Source of the DNA: Candidatus Delongbacteria bacterium
Lineage (GTDB): Bacteria > CAIWAD01
Length of the DNA stretch: 64,000 bases
Reading direction: 5' to 3'
Assembly: GCA_963663545.1 (NCBI GenBank)
Contig: OY760505.1
Coordinates: forward strand, 1,088,001-1,152,000
Shown here: positions 9,325-19,466 of the stretch, one piece after another
How positions within the stretch are numbered: the first letter of the stretch is position 1
How the letters are laid out: each line of letters starts with the position of its first letter
The notes under the pieces: model-generated
Told to the model about the DNA's origin: nothing
What the model saw: only the letters and a program-made list of their open reading frames with translations
Database searches by the model: none
Made by a program: the position numbers and the translations under genes

Positions 9325-11286
9325 CTATTTCAACACAGTGAGCTTCTGGACCCCTCTACGGTTCCCACTCTCCACAACCGCCAAGAAGAGCCCGCTTGCT
9401 TGATCTGCGGCCGTCCATTGAAAGCGATGCTGTCCCGCTGAAAGTGGACCATTGTGTAACACGGCAACCCGCTGACCTGACAGATTATATACCAACACCG
9501 TCGTCCGCGCGCTCACATCCAGCTCCACAAGAAGCTGCGTCGTCGGATTGAACGGATTGGGACACGCCTGCAGACTGAAATGCAGTGGAACAAGAACACT
9601 CACCGCATCATCAATTGGTGTACTGAAGGTGAAAGGATCGGACCACTCACTTTCGCCAGCAAACCCAATGGCACGCACCCGCCAGTAGTATTCGCGATTG
9701 TATTCAAGCGAATCTTGAACCTGTAGGTGACACAAGGTGATGCCCTGAATGAAATGGAGCGGCGACGCGAAATCTACGTCATCGTCTACTTCCAATTCAT
9801 AGTGGTAGGCACAATCCACAGGCTCCCATGTCAAGCTGTAATTGTGAATATCACCCAGGGTAGTGTTGTCGACGGGTGACACAAGATCTGGTGCATCAAT
9901 CTCATCACTGCAGACAGTACGAAACTCGCAGGGAAGTGACCAATGAGAAATCCCATATACACCTTGTGCACGAACGCGCCAGTAGTAGGTAGTGTTGTGC
10001 TGCAAACCGTCGACAACGAAGCTTGTATCACTGACATCGTTGTATTGGCGAGGCGAATCGAAGGCGTAGCTGAGATCAAGCTCCACGTCATAGCGGGTCG
10101 CGCCCTCGACGGCGGTCCACAGAAAAGAGGCGGCAACCGGCACGTCCACATCCCCCTGCGAAGGATAGAACTGCTCAGGCGGCAAGTGATAGTTTGACGG
10201 CTCGATACCTAGTAACACGGCTTCATCGTTGTTGAAGTTCATCCCGGCAGGATTCAACTGTGTAATCAGATAGTAGCCATCACAATTGCCAGCCCAGCCC
10301 CAGTTGAAGTGGAAGTACTCCTCGTCGCTGTAGCCATCACAGACGAACGCATGGCCGATGCCATCCGACCTACGAGCACGATATAGCAGCGGTCGGCCTT
10401 CGTCCAGCTCTCCCCGCAATGTGTTACACCATTGACGATCGGTGTTGTGACTTGCACGTCTGGAATAGGCCACCGTACCGCGAAAGTTGAAATGCTGCAT
10501 CAAGGCGGCCTGCGCAGAAGGAGCGCTGCCATAAACGAGCGCGCCGGATTCGTCGCTGCTGAAATCCATTTCTACGGAAATAGCGCAGTGATACAAGAGA
10601 CGGGAGATTTCTTCGAAACTCTGCCGATGAATGGCTTGCCAATCGTAGAGAGTATTTTCAAAATCCGCGTGTTGCTCACCGTATCGGGCGTGGTAATAGG
10701 TGTGCTCGCCAATTCCATGCACAGGCTGCATCCAGTAGGACATGATCTCGCCCATGGCAACAGCAACACAACCCACCAGTACGTGCCCTCCCGGGCCATC
10801 CTCATCTACAGGAAAGGCTGCATTGTACTGCCCACCCTGGCTCCACCGGGCAGTAACCAGCGGATCCACTCCGGAGCGTGTCCCACTCATGCCCCCCTGC
10901 AACAGCAGCTCCCAAGCCGAGCGATTCGTCTCACTATCGATCTGAGCCGCCTGCAACTGCGCAATCTGCTCTACTTGGTGTTCGAGCCACAGCTGAAGCG
11001 CAGGCACATCACTGGCAGACCCGCCTTGTGGCCCCCAGCCCAGAACAGGCGGAGCTGCATCGTCAGCGGCGATAAAAGCAAAGGCCCCGTCAGCGAAATG
11101 GAACTCGTACAAGCAAGTGTGGCCCTCTGCCGTCCAAGGCGTGGCACGGTTCAGCTCTGCCTGGTACCCATGGCCGAGCAACCAGTATTCCGCAACCCGC
11201 TGCGCGTCGGCTTCCCCTCTCGGCGCGGCTACCAGTCCCGACGCTAGCAGGCATGTACCAGCAATCAGTAAGGTGGTGCGAAACAT
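9325..11286 (-). CDS. Secreted C10 (streptopain-family) cysteine peptidase with pro-domain, two FN3-like domains and T9SS-like C-terminal domain
   Basis: WSQ, VGCVAVAM (catalytic Cys), GHAFVCDG (His), HFNWGW; two YYWRVRA motifs; CPNPFNPTT...QKLTVLK; signal peptide from ATG 11286. Confidence 0.88.
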   Translation of the reverse strand: MFRTTLLIAGTCLLASGLVAAPRGEADAQRVAEYWLLGHGYQAELNRATPWTAEGHTCLYEFHFADGAFAFIAADDAAPPVLGWGPQGGSASDVPALQLWLEHQVEQIAQLQAAQIDSETNRSAWELLLQGGMSGTRSGVDPLVTARWSQGGQYNAAFPVDEDGPGGHVLVGCVAVAMGEIMSYWMQPVHGIGEHTYYHARYGEQHADFENTLYDWQAIHRQSFEEISRLLYHCAISVEMDFSSDESGALVYGSAPSAQAALMQHFNFRGTVAYSRRASHNTDRQWCNTLRGELDEGRPLLYRARRSDGIGHAFVCDGYSDEEYFHFNWGWAGNCDGYYLITQLNPAGMNFNNDEAVLLGIEPSNYHLPPEQFYPSQGDVDVPVAASFLWTAVEGATRYDVELDLSYAFDSPRQYNDVSDTSFVVDGLQHNTTYYWRVRAQGVYGISHWSLPCEFRTVCSDEIDAPDLVSPVDNTTLGDIHNYSLTWEPVDCAYHYELEVDDDVDFASPLHFIQGITLCHLQVQDSLEYNREYYWRVRAIGFAGESEWSDPFTFSTPIDDAVSVLVPLHFSLQACPNPFNPTTQLLVELDVSARTTVLVYNLSGQRVAVLHNGPLSAGQHRFQWTAADQASGLFLAVVESGNRRGVQKLTVLK

Positions 11287-11494
11287 TTGTACCTCTTGCG
11301 GAAAGACTTCCCAAGAATTCACGTAAGACGGATTATACAAAGCTGCAAGGGAAATACCTGCATGAAAAGCATGTCGAGAAAAAATACATTCGTTGCCACC
11401 CCATCTTCGTGTGAGGCACAGGTTAAAATTATAACTGGCGTATTATTTCCAGAAAGACTCGTATATTAGCCTCAACTAACCAAGTGAGGTCGAC

Positions 11495-12490
11495 ATGGAT
11501 CTAACAAGCAAGTACCTGGGCATGAGCTTGAAGAGCCCTCTGATTGCAGCAGCATCTCCGCTTAGTCGCGACGTTGATAGCATTCGCAGATTAGAAGATG
11601 CGGGTGTGGGTGCGATTGTGCTGCACTCGCTGTTCGAAGAGGAAATCCGGCACGCTGAAGTGGATCTTCAACAACAGCTGGACAAGGGGGCGGACTCGTT
11701 TAGCGAGGCGCAAAGTTACTTCCCCGATTTGGGCTACTACGATTCTGGACCGGACGGCTATCTCGCCCTCATTGATCGCATCAAGAAAAAAGTAGATACA
11801 CCTCTTATCGCAAGTTTGAACGGAGTGACGCCCGGGGGTTGGAGTCGCTATGCACGCAAGCTCTACGACGCAGGCGCGGACGCGCTTGAGCTCAACATCT
11901 ATCACTTGGTCACCGACCCTTCGCAGGATAGCGCAGCTGTAGAACAACTCTACCTTGACGCCTTGAATGCTGTGCGTCGCGAAGTGACCCTCCCGGTAGC
12001 CGTGAAGCTCTCGCCCTTCTTCAGCTCGCTGCCAAATATGGCTGCCAAGCTGGTACACTCCGGCGCCGACGGACTTGTATTGTTTAATCGCTTCTATCAG
12101 CCCGATCTCGATATCGAGGCACTGGAAGTCAAACCAGAGGTGCGCCTGAGCAATTCGGGATCGCTACGCCTGCCCTTGCGCTGGATTTCCATCCTTCGTC
12201 CTCAGCTTCCCAAGACAAGTCTTGCGCTGAGCACGGGCGTGCATACTCCTGAGGATTTGATCAAAGGCTTGATGGTTGGCGCCGATGTCTGCGCCAGTGC
12301 GGCGGCATTGCTCATGCATGGCCCCGAATACGCCAGCAAGCTGCTGAAAAGCCTTGAGCGGTGGCTGGTGGATCACGAATACGAGAGTCTCGATCAGCTG
12401 CGCGGATCAATGTCTCATTTCAAGGTAGAGAATCCGTCGGCCTTTGAGCGCGCCAACTACATGAAGGCTCTACGAGGATACAAGCTCTAA
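11495..12490 (+). CDS. Dihydroorotate dehydrogenase-like flavoprotein
   Basis: MDLTSKYLGM, SLFEEEI, ALELNIY, VKLSPFF, LFNRFYQPD, FERANYMK. Confidence 0.85.
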   Translation: MDLTSKYLGMSLKSPLIAAASPLSRDVDSIRRLEDAGVGAIVLHSLFEEEIRHAEVDLQQQLDKGADSFSEAQSYFPDLGYYDSGPDGYLALIDRIKKKVDTPLIASLNGVTPGGWSRYARKLYDAGADALELNIYHLVTDPSQDSAAVEQLYLDALNAVRREVTLPVAVKLSPFFSSLPNMAAKLVHSGADGLVLFNRFYQPDLDIEALEVKPEVRLSNSGSLRLPLRWISILRPQLPKTSLALSTGVHTPEDLIKGLMVGADVCASAAALLMHGPEYASKLLKSLERWLVDHEYESLDQLRGSMSHFKVENPSAFERANYMKALRGYKL

Positions 12491-12523
12491 GCCGATTGTA
12501 TCACGCGAACATAGAAAGCCGCC

Positions 12524-13318
12524 TCAGTGCGGCTTTTCTGCTTCCAGCACCATCGTCTCGAAACGATTGATGTCCGCAGCAGCAATCTCATCGCCGTGAC
12601 ACTCCAGATTACATAAATGCGCAACCTCGCTTTCTCCGGGCGGATAGCGTGTTACAAAAACAAAACCCGCCGCCTGCAGCAGCTCCTTGAGGGTCCACTC
12701 GTCATAAAGAAATCGGTGACCCCAGTTGTGATGAGCGTTGTTGAGAATGCGGCAAGCCAGTGCGGCCGCTGGCGATGACGGTATCGCTGGTAGAATACCG
12801 GTATCCTCCAGCACACTTCGTTCCTCGTCAGCGATGTGCCGGTGATACATCCATTTCACATAGTGTGCAGCGTCGGAGTCCTCGGCACACTCCAGGCATC
12901 GCACCAGTGCCATCAGATCTGGAGTAGCAATGCGAATGCGCCCACCGGGCTCAAGTACGCGATAGGATTCGCGCAGCATCGCCAGCCCTTCATCCATGCG
13001 AAGGTGCTCGATCTGATGCTCGCTATACACCGCGGCAAAACTCGCTTCGGGCAAAGGAAAAGTCCTGGTGGCATCCAGGAGCATCACATCAGCGGATAAG
13101 GGAGCAATATCCGTGTTCAGCCAACCGGGCAAGCCATTCGGTCCGGAACCCAGTTGCAACAAGCGCAAATCGGTCTTGGTCAGATAGCGAGAGCGAATTC
13201 GCGGACGCCGACAACGAGCACGAAGGTGACGGTACAAGTGCCAACTGCCGCGCAGCGAGTGGTACAAAATGCCTGCCAAACTGGATTTCCGTGCCATTGT
13301 TGCCAATTGAAGTCTCAT
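12524..13318 (-). CDS. Class I SAM-dependent methyltransferase
   Basis: LQLGSG...GWLNTD, SEHQIEHL, RVLEPGGRIRIATPD. Confidence 0.8.
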   Translation of the reverse strand: MRLQLATMARKSSLAGILYHSLRGSWHLYRHLRARCRRPRIRSRYLTKTDLRLLQLGSGPNGLPGWLNTDIAPLSADVMLLDATRTFPLPEASFAAVYSEHQIEHLRMDEGLAMLRESYRVLEPGGRIRIATPDLMALVRCLECAEDSDAAHYVKWMYHRHIADEERSVLEDTGILPAIPSSPAAALACRILNNAHHNWGHRFLYDEWTLKELLQAAGFVFVTRYPPGESEVAHLCNLECHGDEIAAADINRFETMVLEAEKPH

Positions 13319-13492
13319 GGCCCCTCACCTCAGTGAATCTTCAGTGTTCGGTCTTCGACCTTGTGTGAAGAACATACTATTGCCTCAAGGCTTGCGCTCA
13401 AGGCCGAAAAGACAACACTTCCACATTCAGTCAGCAGGCAAAGAATGGGCGCCCTTTCGCGACAGCTAAAACAGGACTTTTTTAGTCCACAT

Positions 13493-13527
13493 TTGTCTTT
13501 TTTAATAATGATTCCTATTATGATTAT
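13493..13527 (+). promoter_or_regulatory. Sigma70 promoter overlapped by a Fur/PerR-type box; probably leaderless transcript
   Basis: TTGTCT (13493-13498), 17 nt, TATTAT (13516-13521), 6 nt, ATG (13528); AATAATGATTCCTATTATG (13504-13522) resembles GATAATGATAATCATTATC; no SD sequence. Confidence 0.65.
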
Positions 13528-13914
13528 ATGGAACGCAGAAGCCAGCAGCGTGAGCTGATTTTTCAGCTAGTAAAGAGCTACTCCCTGGATCACCCCACAG
13601 CAGCGGAGATCTACGAAGCGGCGCGCCGCGAGCTTCCGCGGATCAGTCTGGGTACAGTCTATCGCAACCTCGGACTGCTAGTCGCCAAGGGAGAACTGCT
13701 CTCTTTTCGAGTGGGCGAAAGCGTGCACTACGACGCGACAACCAGCACTCACCAGCATTTTGTCTGCAACCAGTGCGGGTGCATTCTGGATTTGACAGGC
13801 GACCCGGTCGCAGGCCTCATTCATGCCGCCGAGCAGCAGGGGCTTCGCGTCGAAAAGGTGGATTTTCTAATGAGTGGCCTTTGCCACAACTGTGCAGGTC
13901 AACAATCACAATAA
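13528..13914 (+). CDS. perR: Fur-family repressor, PerR-like
   Basis: SQQR, HPTA, SLGTVYRNL, HQHFVCNQCG, CHNC; directly upstream of ahpC. Confidence 0.8.
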   Translation: MERRSQQRELIFQLVKSYSLDHPTAAEIYEAARRELPRISLGTVYRNLGLLVAKGELLSFRVGESVHYDATTSTHQHFVCNQCGCILDLTGDPVAGLIHAAEQQGLRVEKVDFLMSGLCHNCAGQQSQ

Positions 13915-13930
13915 CGCAACAGGAGACATC

Positions 13931-14575
13931 ATGCTTGTCACCAAACCCGCCCCCGAGTTTACCGCCACCGCCGTCATGGCCGACAACAGCTTCAAGCAGA
14001 TCAGCCTGAAGGACTATCGCGGCAAGAAGGTTGTCATTTTCTTCTATCCGCTCGATTTCACTTTTGTCTGTCCTACTGAATTGCTGGCCTTCGATCATCG
14101 CTTGGCCGAGTTCGAAAAGCGCGGCGTCCAGGTGCTGGGTTGCAGCGTGGACAGCGAGTTCAGCCACCTTGCCTGGCGTAACACCCCCACCAATCAGGGC
14201 GGAATCGGCCAGGTCGGCTACCCGATCATCAGCGATCTGGACAAAAGCATCTCCCGCAATTACGAGGTACTGGTCGGCGCCGAACCCGCCACCGTCATCA
14301 CCGAAACCGCCGAGGCCGAAACTTCCATCGGTGGTCTGGTAGCCCTTCGCGGCACCTATCTAATCGACGAAGAAGGCATTGTGCGTCACGCCGTCATCAA
14401 CGATCTGCCGCTGGGTCGCAACGTGGACGAGATGCTGCGCATGGTGGACGCCCTCGCCCACTTCCAGAAGTACGGCGAAGTCTGCCCCGCTGGCTGGCAG
14501 GAAGGCGACAAAGGCATGGAAGGCAGCAGTGATGGGGTTGCCAAGTATCTCGCCGAGAACGCCGAGAATCTCTAG
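13931..14575 (+). CDS. ahpC: 2-Cys peroxiredoxin
   Basis: FYPLDFTFVCPTE, GRNVDE, GEVCPAGW; AGGAG RBS before ATG 13931. Confidence 0.93.
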   Translation: MLVTKPAPEFTATAVMADNSFKQISLKDYRGKKVVIFFYPLDFTFVCPTELLAFDHRLAEFEKRGVQVLGCSVDSEFSHLAWRNTPTNQGGIGQVGYPIISDLDKSISRNYEVLVGAEPATVITETAEAETSIGGLVALRGTYLIDEEGIVRHAVINDLPLGRNVDEMLRMVDALAHFQKYGEVCPAGWQEGDKGMEGSSDGVAKYLAENAENL

Positions 14576-14606
14576 CAGATCGCTCCGTGGAATAGGTAGA
14601 CATTCG

Positions 14607-14631
14607 GGGTCGCGCAGGCGACCCTTTTTTT
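14607..14631 (+). terminator. Intrinsic terminator of perR-ahpC
   Basis: GGGTCGC-GCAG-GCGACCC followed by T7. Confidence 0.85.
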
Positions 14632-14720
14632 ATCTCCACACTTCCAGTTGCATTCAAGAACGCTATTTATTTCTCTCGGCCTACGTGCCCCCACGCATCA
14701 GAAGCAACAGGAGAGAAGTC

Positions 14721-17700
14721 ATGGCTCATTTCAGGCGAGGCCTCGGCCTGGTCGCCGTGCTGCTTTTTATTAGCGGCATGCAGGCGGAAACCATAGTCAA
14801 CGCAAACATCAGCAGCAACCAGACCTGGTCTCCGGCCGGATCACCCTACATCGTCACCATCGATGCCTGGGTCTACAACTACGACAACCCGGTCTTGACG
14901 ATCGAAGCCGGCACAGAAGTTCGTTTTGAGCCAGGCGCCAGTCTGCGGATCGGCGGTACGTCCAATACCAGCCACCTGGGATCTCTGCAAGTGCAGGGAA
15001 CCCTCGAAAATCCAGTGCTCTTCCAGCCCAACGGCGCGGAGGCCTGGGAAGGCCTCATCTTTCAGCGCTATGCTACAGAGGGCGGTAGCAGCTTGGAGTA
15101 CGCCCAGATCAGCGGCGGCGGCAGCAACGGTCCGATGGTCCAGGTTGACAATGGCACGCCTGTCTTCTCGCACTGCAGCTTCTCAAGCGCGGTCCAATCC
15201 GGATTCAAGAGCGTCAATACTACCGACGCCTTCAGCATGACAGAGTGCGACTTCACAAACTGCGGCACTTATCCCATTGAGACCTACACGGAGTTGGCGC
15301 ACTGCATTGCTGCCAGCAACAGCTTCAGCGGGAACGGAAGCGACGCCGTCAAGCTGATGGGATCCACAGTCACCGCAAGCTGCCGTGTACCGGCCCTGCC
15401 CGTGCCCTACGAGGTCACAAACAGCGTCACCGTCTACGGCAACAGCATCGACACACCCGCCGTGTTACATCTGGAAGCGGGAAGCGAACTGCGATTTCAC
15501 TCTGCTGTTCAGCTAATCATTGGTTATTCCGCTAGCTCGAGCCACATAGGCGGTATTGACGCCCGGCAAGTGTGTTTTCGTGGTCTGGTTCAAGACCCCG
15601 GCTACTGGAACGGCATCTACCTGATGCGCTACACCGATCCGGATTCGGTTTGTATCACGGACTGCCTGATCAGCGATGCAGGCTCAACGGGCCGCAGCAT
15701 TCAGGTCTACAGCGATGGAAGCTTGGAACTAAGCGGCTGCACTGTCCAGAATGGACTAGGCTTCGGCCTGGAAGATCAGGGCAGCACTCATCTGCTGGTT
15801 CGCGATTGCTGCTTTCAGAGTGTAGAGACGCCCATCAACATCCACTGCGAACACTTCTCGCGCATCAAGAGCGGCAACACCTACCTGAACAATACGGACA
15901 ATCGCATTGAGATTCGCGGAGGCACGGTCTCCACCGATGCGGAGTGGACCGCGCAATCCGTGCCGCTGCACGTACTGGGCAACATCCTGATTAGTGCTTC
16001 GGGGGATTATCCCGACCTTAGCATTCCCTATGGCAGCGTGTTGGAGTTTTCTCAATACACGGGCATTCAGGTAGGCTCCACCGCCAACTCTGGCTATCGT
16101 GGAAGCTTGTCCGCAACGGGGACTACGTTTCGCGGTGATACAGCGACCGCCGGTTACTGGTCAGGGATCACATTCAATGTTCACTGTGAACCTGGCGAGT
16201 TGAACGGCTGCATCATCGAGAACGCGGGGTACTCCGGACGCAGTGTTTACACACGTGCTGCCACTCAGGTGATCACCGGTTGCACCATTCGTAACGGTGC
16301 CGGTGAGGGCATCTATGTATACAACGGAACTCGCCCCGAAATCTCCGCGACACGTATCACGGGCTGCGAGACTTATCCGCTCGAAATCGCAGCAAATGAC
16401 GCAGGTGCCATGCTTGAAGGAAACGACTTCACAGGTAATGGCAACGACGAGATTCTGGTGCGCAGCGGTACGATTTCCGAGAGTGCCACCTGGGTGAATC
16501 CCGGTGTTCCCTATCGCTTGGACGGCACAGTGAACGTCCAGGGAACATCTGCGCCGCAGTTGCGCATCAATCCTGGCTGTGAGATTCGCATTCCCGACAA
16601 CTTCATGATGATCATCGGCAGCACTTCGAACAGCAGCTACACGGGCTCCCTGTACGCCACCGCCGCCACCTTCACGCGTGATACAGGTGGTAGTTTCCAC
16701 AATGGCATCTTCTTTGCCAATCACGCCGATGATGCCAACTGCCTCCTACAGGATTGTGTTGTCGAGTACGGCGGTGCCTCATCTTCCTATGCCAATGTGC
16801 GCTGCTACTACTCCAGTCCCACTTTGCGCAACTGCGAACTACGCTACAGCAACGGCTTGGGATTGATGCTGAGCGTAGCCACGCCGGTGGTTGCCGATTG
16901 CGAGATGCATCACAATGGCGACGCGCCTGTTTCCGTGCGCGCAAATGAGTTATTCAGTCTGTCAACTGGCAACGTGTATCACGACAATGCCCGTGATACA
17001 ATTCTTGTTGTCGCTAACACAATCTCCACCGACCAGACATGGGTGGACCAGGGCATTCCGCTGCTTGTTGATGGCAGCTTTGTTGTTCAGGCTGCCGGCG
17101 ACTATGCAGACCTGACGATTGAAACCGGCACCGAATTGATCTTCCCGGAAAACGCCCAGCTCACGGTCGGTTCCGGTACAAACAGTGCCTACCGTGGAAG
17201 CCTGAACGCCAGTGGTGTAGTTTTCAGTGGGCGCGAACCGGTTCCCGGATCCTGGAAGGGTATCTACTTCGCCGCATATGCGGAGGGCGGAAATTGTCTG
17301 CTGGATCGCAGCACCATCCAGTACGGTGGTAGTGACGGTTACGGTGCCGTGCGCGTTTTTCGCAGTAGTCCGGTTATCACCAACTGTGTGATACGCCATT
17401 CATCATCTGCCGGAATCCAGGTGCAGTATAGCGATGCGGAGCCGTTGATCTACGGCTGCACCATTCTCTCTAATGAAACTGGTATTCGTGTTACAAACGG
17501 TGGGCAGCCAGTCATTGGCGGTAGCACGGGCAATGGGAATTCCATTGCTGGCAACACTAACTACGGCGTAGAAAACACCGGTACAAACGATGTGGATGCC
17601 ACCTGGAACTGGTGGGGTGAAACAGACGGGCCCTCGGGTGTCGCCTCTGGTAGCGGAGATGCCGTTAGTGCCTACGTACTCTACGATCCCTGGCGTGTGA

Positions 17701-18632
17701 CCGTGCCAGGAGATGCTCCGTCCACCTTCAATCTGCTTACGCCTGACCATCAGGAAGTAGCGAATCAGCTGCAGTTGATCCTGGATTGGGAGAACGCAGT
17801 GGACCCGACACCCGATGACACCGTGCGCTATCGCGTGCAATACAGCACAACATCGACCTTCGAGCTGGCCGAAACCGTGACACATGACAGTCTGCAGCTC
17901 AGCCGCGTGAATATCAGCGGCCTGCAGGATGACACGCGCTACTGGTGGCGTGTCACCGCCTGGGACAAGCAGGGACAATACACCAACTGCAATCAGCAGA
18001 ACTGGTACTTCGACACCTTCGTGCAGGAAGCACCGGAGGCCGCTGAACTACTCTTCCCTGATAATGGCAGCGATGTATCACACACTTCCGTTCTCCTTAG
18101 CTGGAGCGCCGCAGTCGACCCGGATCCAGGCGACGCTGTGTATTACACGGTTTATCTGGCTCCGACAGCGTCCTTCCTTCAGGCGGATTCAGCAGTCACG
18201 GTCGAGTTAGGCGCGTTTACGCCCTTCATGCCCCGTGATGCAATTCGCTACTGGCGAGTGAAGGCCACCGATCTAACCGGACGCAGCAGCTGGTCGGCAA
18301 TCCGCTCCTTTCATGTGAGCAACAACGCCATTCCTCGTCCGGTGCAGGATCTCGCCATTGTGCCTGCCCCTGCAGTCGATGGCGTGGAACTTAGCTGGTC
18401 GGCGATTCCCGGCGCAGACGAGTATCTGATCCACCGCAGCGCGTTCCCATATGAGGGGAGCGCCCTGTACACCACCACGAGCTCCACAACTTGGCAGGAC
18501 AATGGCGTCACTGTTGGCGATCAGCGCTGGTTCTATCAGGTGTATGCCGACGATGTGGATCTGAACAGCCGCTGCTGGCGCAAATTGGACGGAAGTCCGC
18601 TGTTACCGGAGATCAAGGCTCAGGGGAGGTAG
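14721..18632 (+). CDS. Large secreted right-handed beta-helix repeat protein (five ~185-aa repeats) with FN3-like C-terminal domains, ~1303 aa
   Basis: Signal peptide from MAHFRR (GGAG RBS); repeated W...P(Y/L)...L.I..G.E..F...G.L....F...W.GI.F units; DATWNWWG; YWWRV and YWRV motifs. Confidence 0.8.
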   Translation: MAHFRRGLGLVAVLLFISGMQAETIVNANISSNQTWSPAGSPYIVTIDAWVYNYDNPVLTIEAGTEVRFEPGASLRIGGTSNTSHLGSLQVQGTLENPVLFQPNGAEAWEGLIFQRYATEGGSSLEYAQISGGGSNGPMVQVDNGTPVFSHCSFSSAVQSGFKSVNTTDAFSMTECDFTNCGTYPIETYTELAHCIAASNSFSGNGSDAVKLMGSTVTASCRVPALPVPYEVTNSVTVYGNSIDTPAVLHLEAGSELRFHSAVQLIIGYSASSSHIGGIDARQVCFRGLVQDPGYWNGIYLMRYTDPDSVCITDCLISDAGSTGRSIQVYSDGSLELSGCTVQNGLGFGLEDQGSTHLLVRDCCFQSVETPINIHCEHFSRIKSGNTYLNNTDNRIEIRGGTVSTDAEWTAQSVPLHVLGNILISASGDYPDLSIPYGSVLEFSQYTGIQVGSTANSGYRGSLSATGTTFRGDTATAGYWSGITFNVHCEPGELNGCIIENAGYSGRSVYTRAATQVITGCTIRNGAGEGIYVYNGTRPEISATRITGCETYPLEIAANDAGAMLEGNDFTGNGNDEILVRSGTISESATWVNPGVPYRLDGTVNVQGTSAPQLRINPGCEIRIPDNFMMIIGSTSNSSYTGSLYATAATFTRDTGGSFHNGIFFANHADDANCLLQDCVVEYGGASSSYANVRCYYSSPTLRNCELRYSNGLGLMLSVATPVVADCEMHHNGDAPVSVRANELFSLSTGNVYHDNARDTILVVANTISTDQTWVDQGIPLLVDGSFVVQAAGDYADLTIETGTELIFPENAQLTVGSGTNSAYRGSLNASGVVFSGREPVPGSWKGIYFAAYAEGGNCLLDRSTIQYGGSDGYGAVRVFRSSPVITNCVIRHSSSAGIQVQYSDAEPLIYGCTILSNETGIRVTNGGQPVIGGSTGNGNSIAGNTNYGVENTGTNDVDATWNWWGETDGPSGVASGSGDAVSAYVLYDPWRVTVPGDAPSTFNLLTPDHQEVANQLQLILDWENAVDPTPDDTVRYRVQYSTTSTFELAETVTHDSLQLSRVNISGLQDDTRYWWRVTAWDKQGQYTNCNQQNWYFDTFVQEAPEAAELLFPDNGSDVSHTSVLLSWSAAVDPDPGDAVYYTVYLAPTASFLQADSAVTVELGAFTPFMPRDAIRYWRVKATDLTGRSSWSAIRSFHVSNNAIPRPVQDLAIVPAPAVDGVELSWSAIPGADEYLIHRSAFPYEGSALYTTTSSTTWQDNGVTVGDQRWFYQVYADDVDLNSRCWRKLDGSPLLPEIKAQGR

Positions 18633-18710
18633 AGCCTTCTTCCGCCTATGTGCCGATTCTGATATTGAACCGGCTTCTGGTTTTGTCCGAAGCTCAGCCA
18701 TGTACACAAC

Positions 18711-18736
18711 AAAACGGGCGCCCGCAGGCGCCCGTT
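18711..18736. terminator. Terminator between convergent genes
   Basis: AACGGGCGCC-CGCA-GGCGCCCGTT with an A-run upstream. Confidence 0.75.
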
Positions 18737-18759
18737 ATCAACTCAAATCAGCGGCTGGA

Positions 18760-19191
18760 CTAGAATCCGTAGTCGGAACAAGTGGGCATTTCATCCACCA
18801 GAGAATAGGTCGTGGAAGAAGTCACCTCGCCATCCACTGTCCAGCTGATGGTCAGCTCGTCGTCAACTAATTCGTACAGAGTGGTATCGGTGTAGCTGAA
18901 GCCCTCATAAGTCATGGTGAAATAAATGTGTGTATCATCTGCGCGCCATGTACCGGTGTAGGGTTCGCACTGTTCCCAGGATAAAAGCGCCATCACGTTC
19001 TCGTAGGCACCGTCGCTATCCAGCGCATACGTATCCTCGTAGACGGCACTACTATACTGCCATACCGCAGTCAGCAATGCAGGGTGCGAACCATTGTCGT
19101 CGTCGTCGTCATCGTCGCAACCCACCAGCGAAAAGCTGGATACCAGCAGCAGACAGCACATCATCCAGGCAAAGAATTTCCGTTGCTTCAT
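18760..19191 (-). CDS. Lipoprotein, lipocalin-like barrel
   Basis: Lipobox LVGC followed by poly-Asp; AVW, YTGTW motifs; paralogue of 20370-20780. Confidence 0.7.
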   Translation of the reverse strand: MKQRKFFAWMMCCLLLVSSFSLVGCDDDDDDDNGSHPALLTAVWQYSSAVYEDTYALDSDGAYENVMALLSWEQCEPYTGTWRADDTHIYFTMTYEGFSYTDTTLYELVDDELTISWTVDGEVTSSTTYSLVDEMPTCSDYGF

Positions 19192-19466
19192 TCTTCTTCC
19201 TCGTCAATTCTTGTGAAGTGTTTCGTGCGGTGACAAGTGTAGCATGCAAGAGCTAGAAATCCAAACATCTGCAATAACAAGCACTTTACTCGATAGGCAA
19301 TCGGATGCACACGAAAGTCCTTTTCGGAGCAGAATTCAGCTTCTTATCCCTACAGCGAAATGCTACAATGAACGTTCAGATTCGCGGCTGCACACCGCGC
19401 TTGCAGTACGGCAATATCGAGTTCCAGAATGCGGGTTTGACCCGTCACAATGTTCAGGAGAGGTCC

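Noticed and set aside
14379..14720. N-terminal extension of the 1417-aa ORF
   Set aside because: Overlaps ahpC and crosses its terminator; RBS and signal peptide point to ATG 14721
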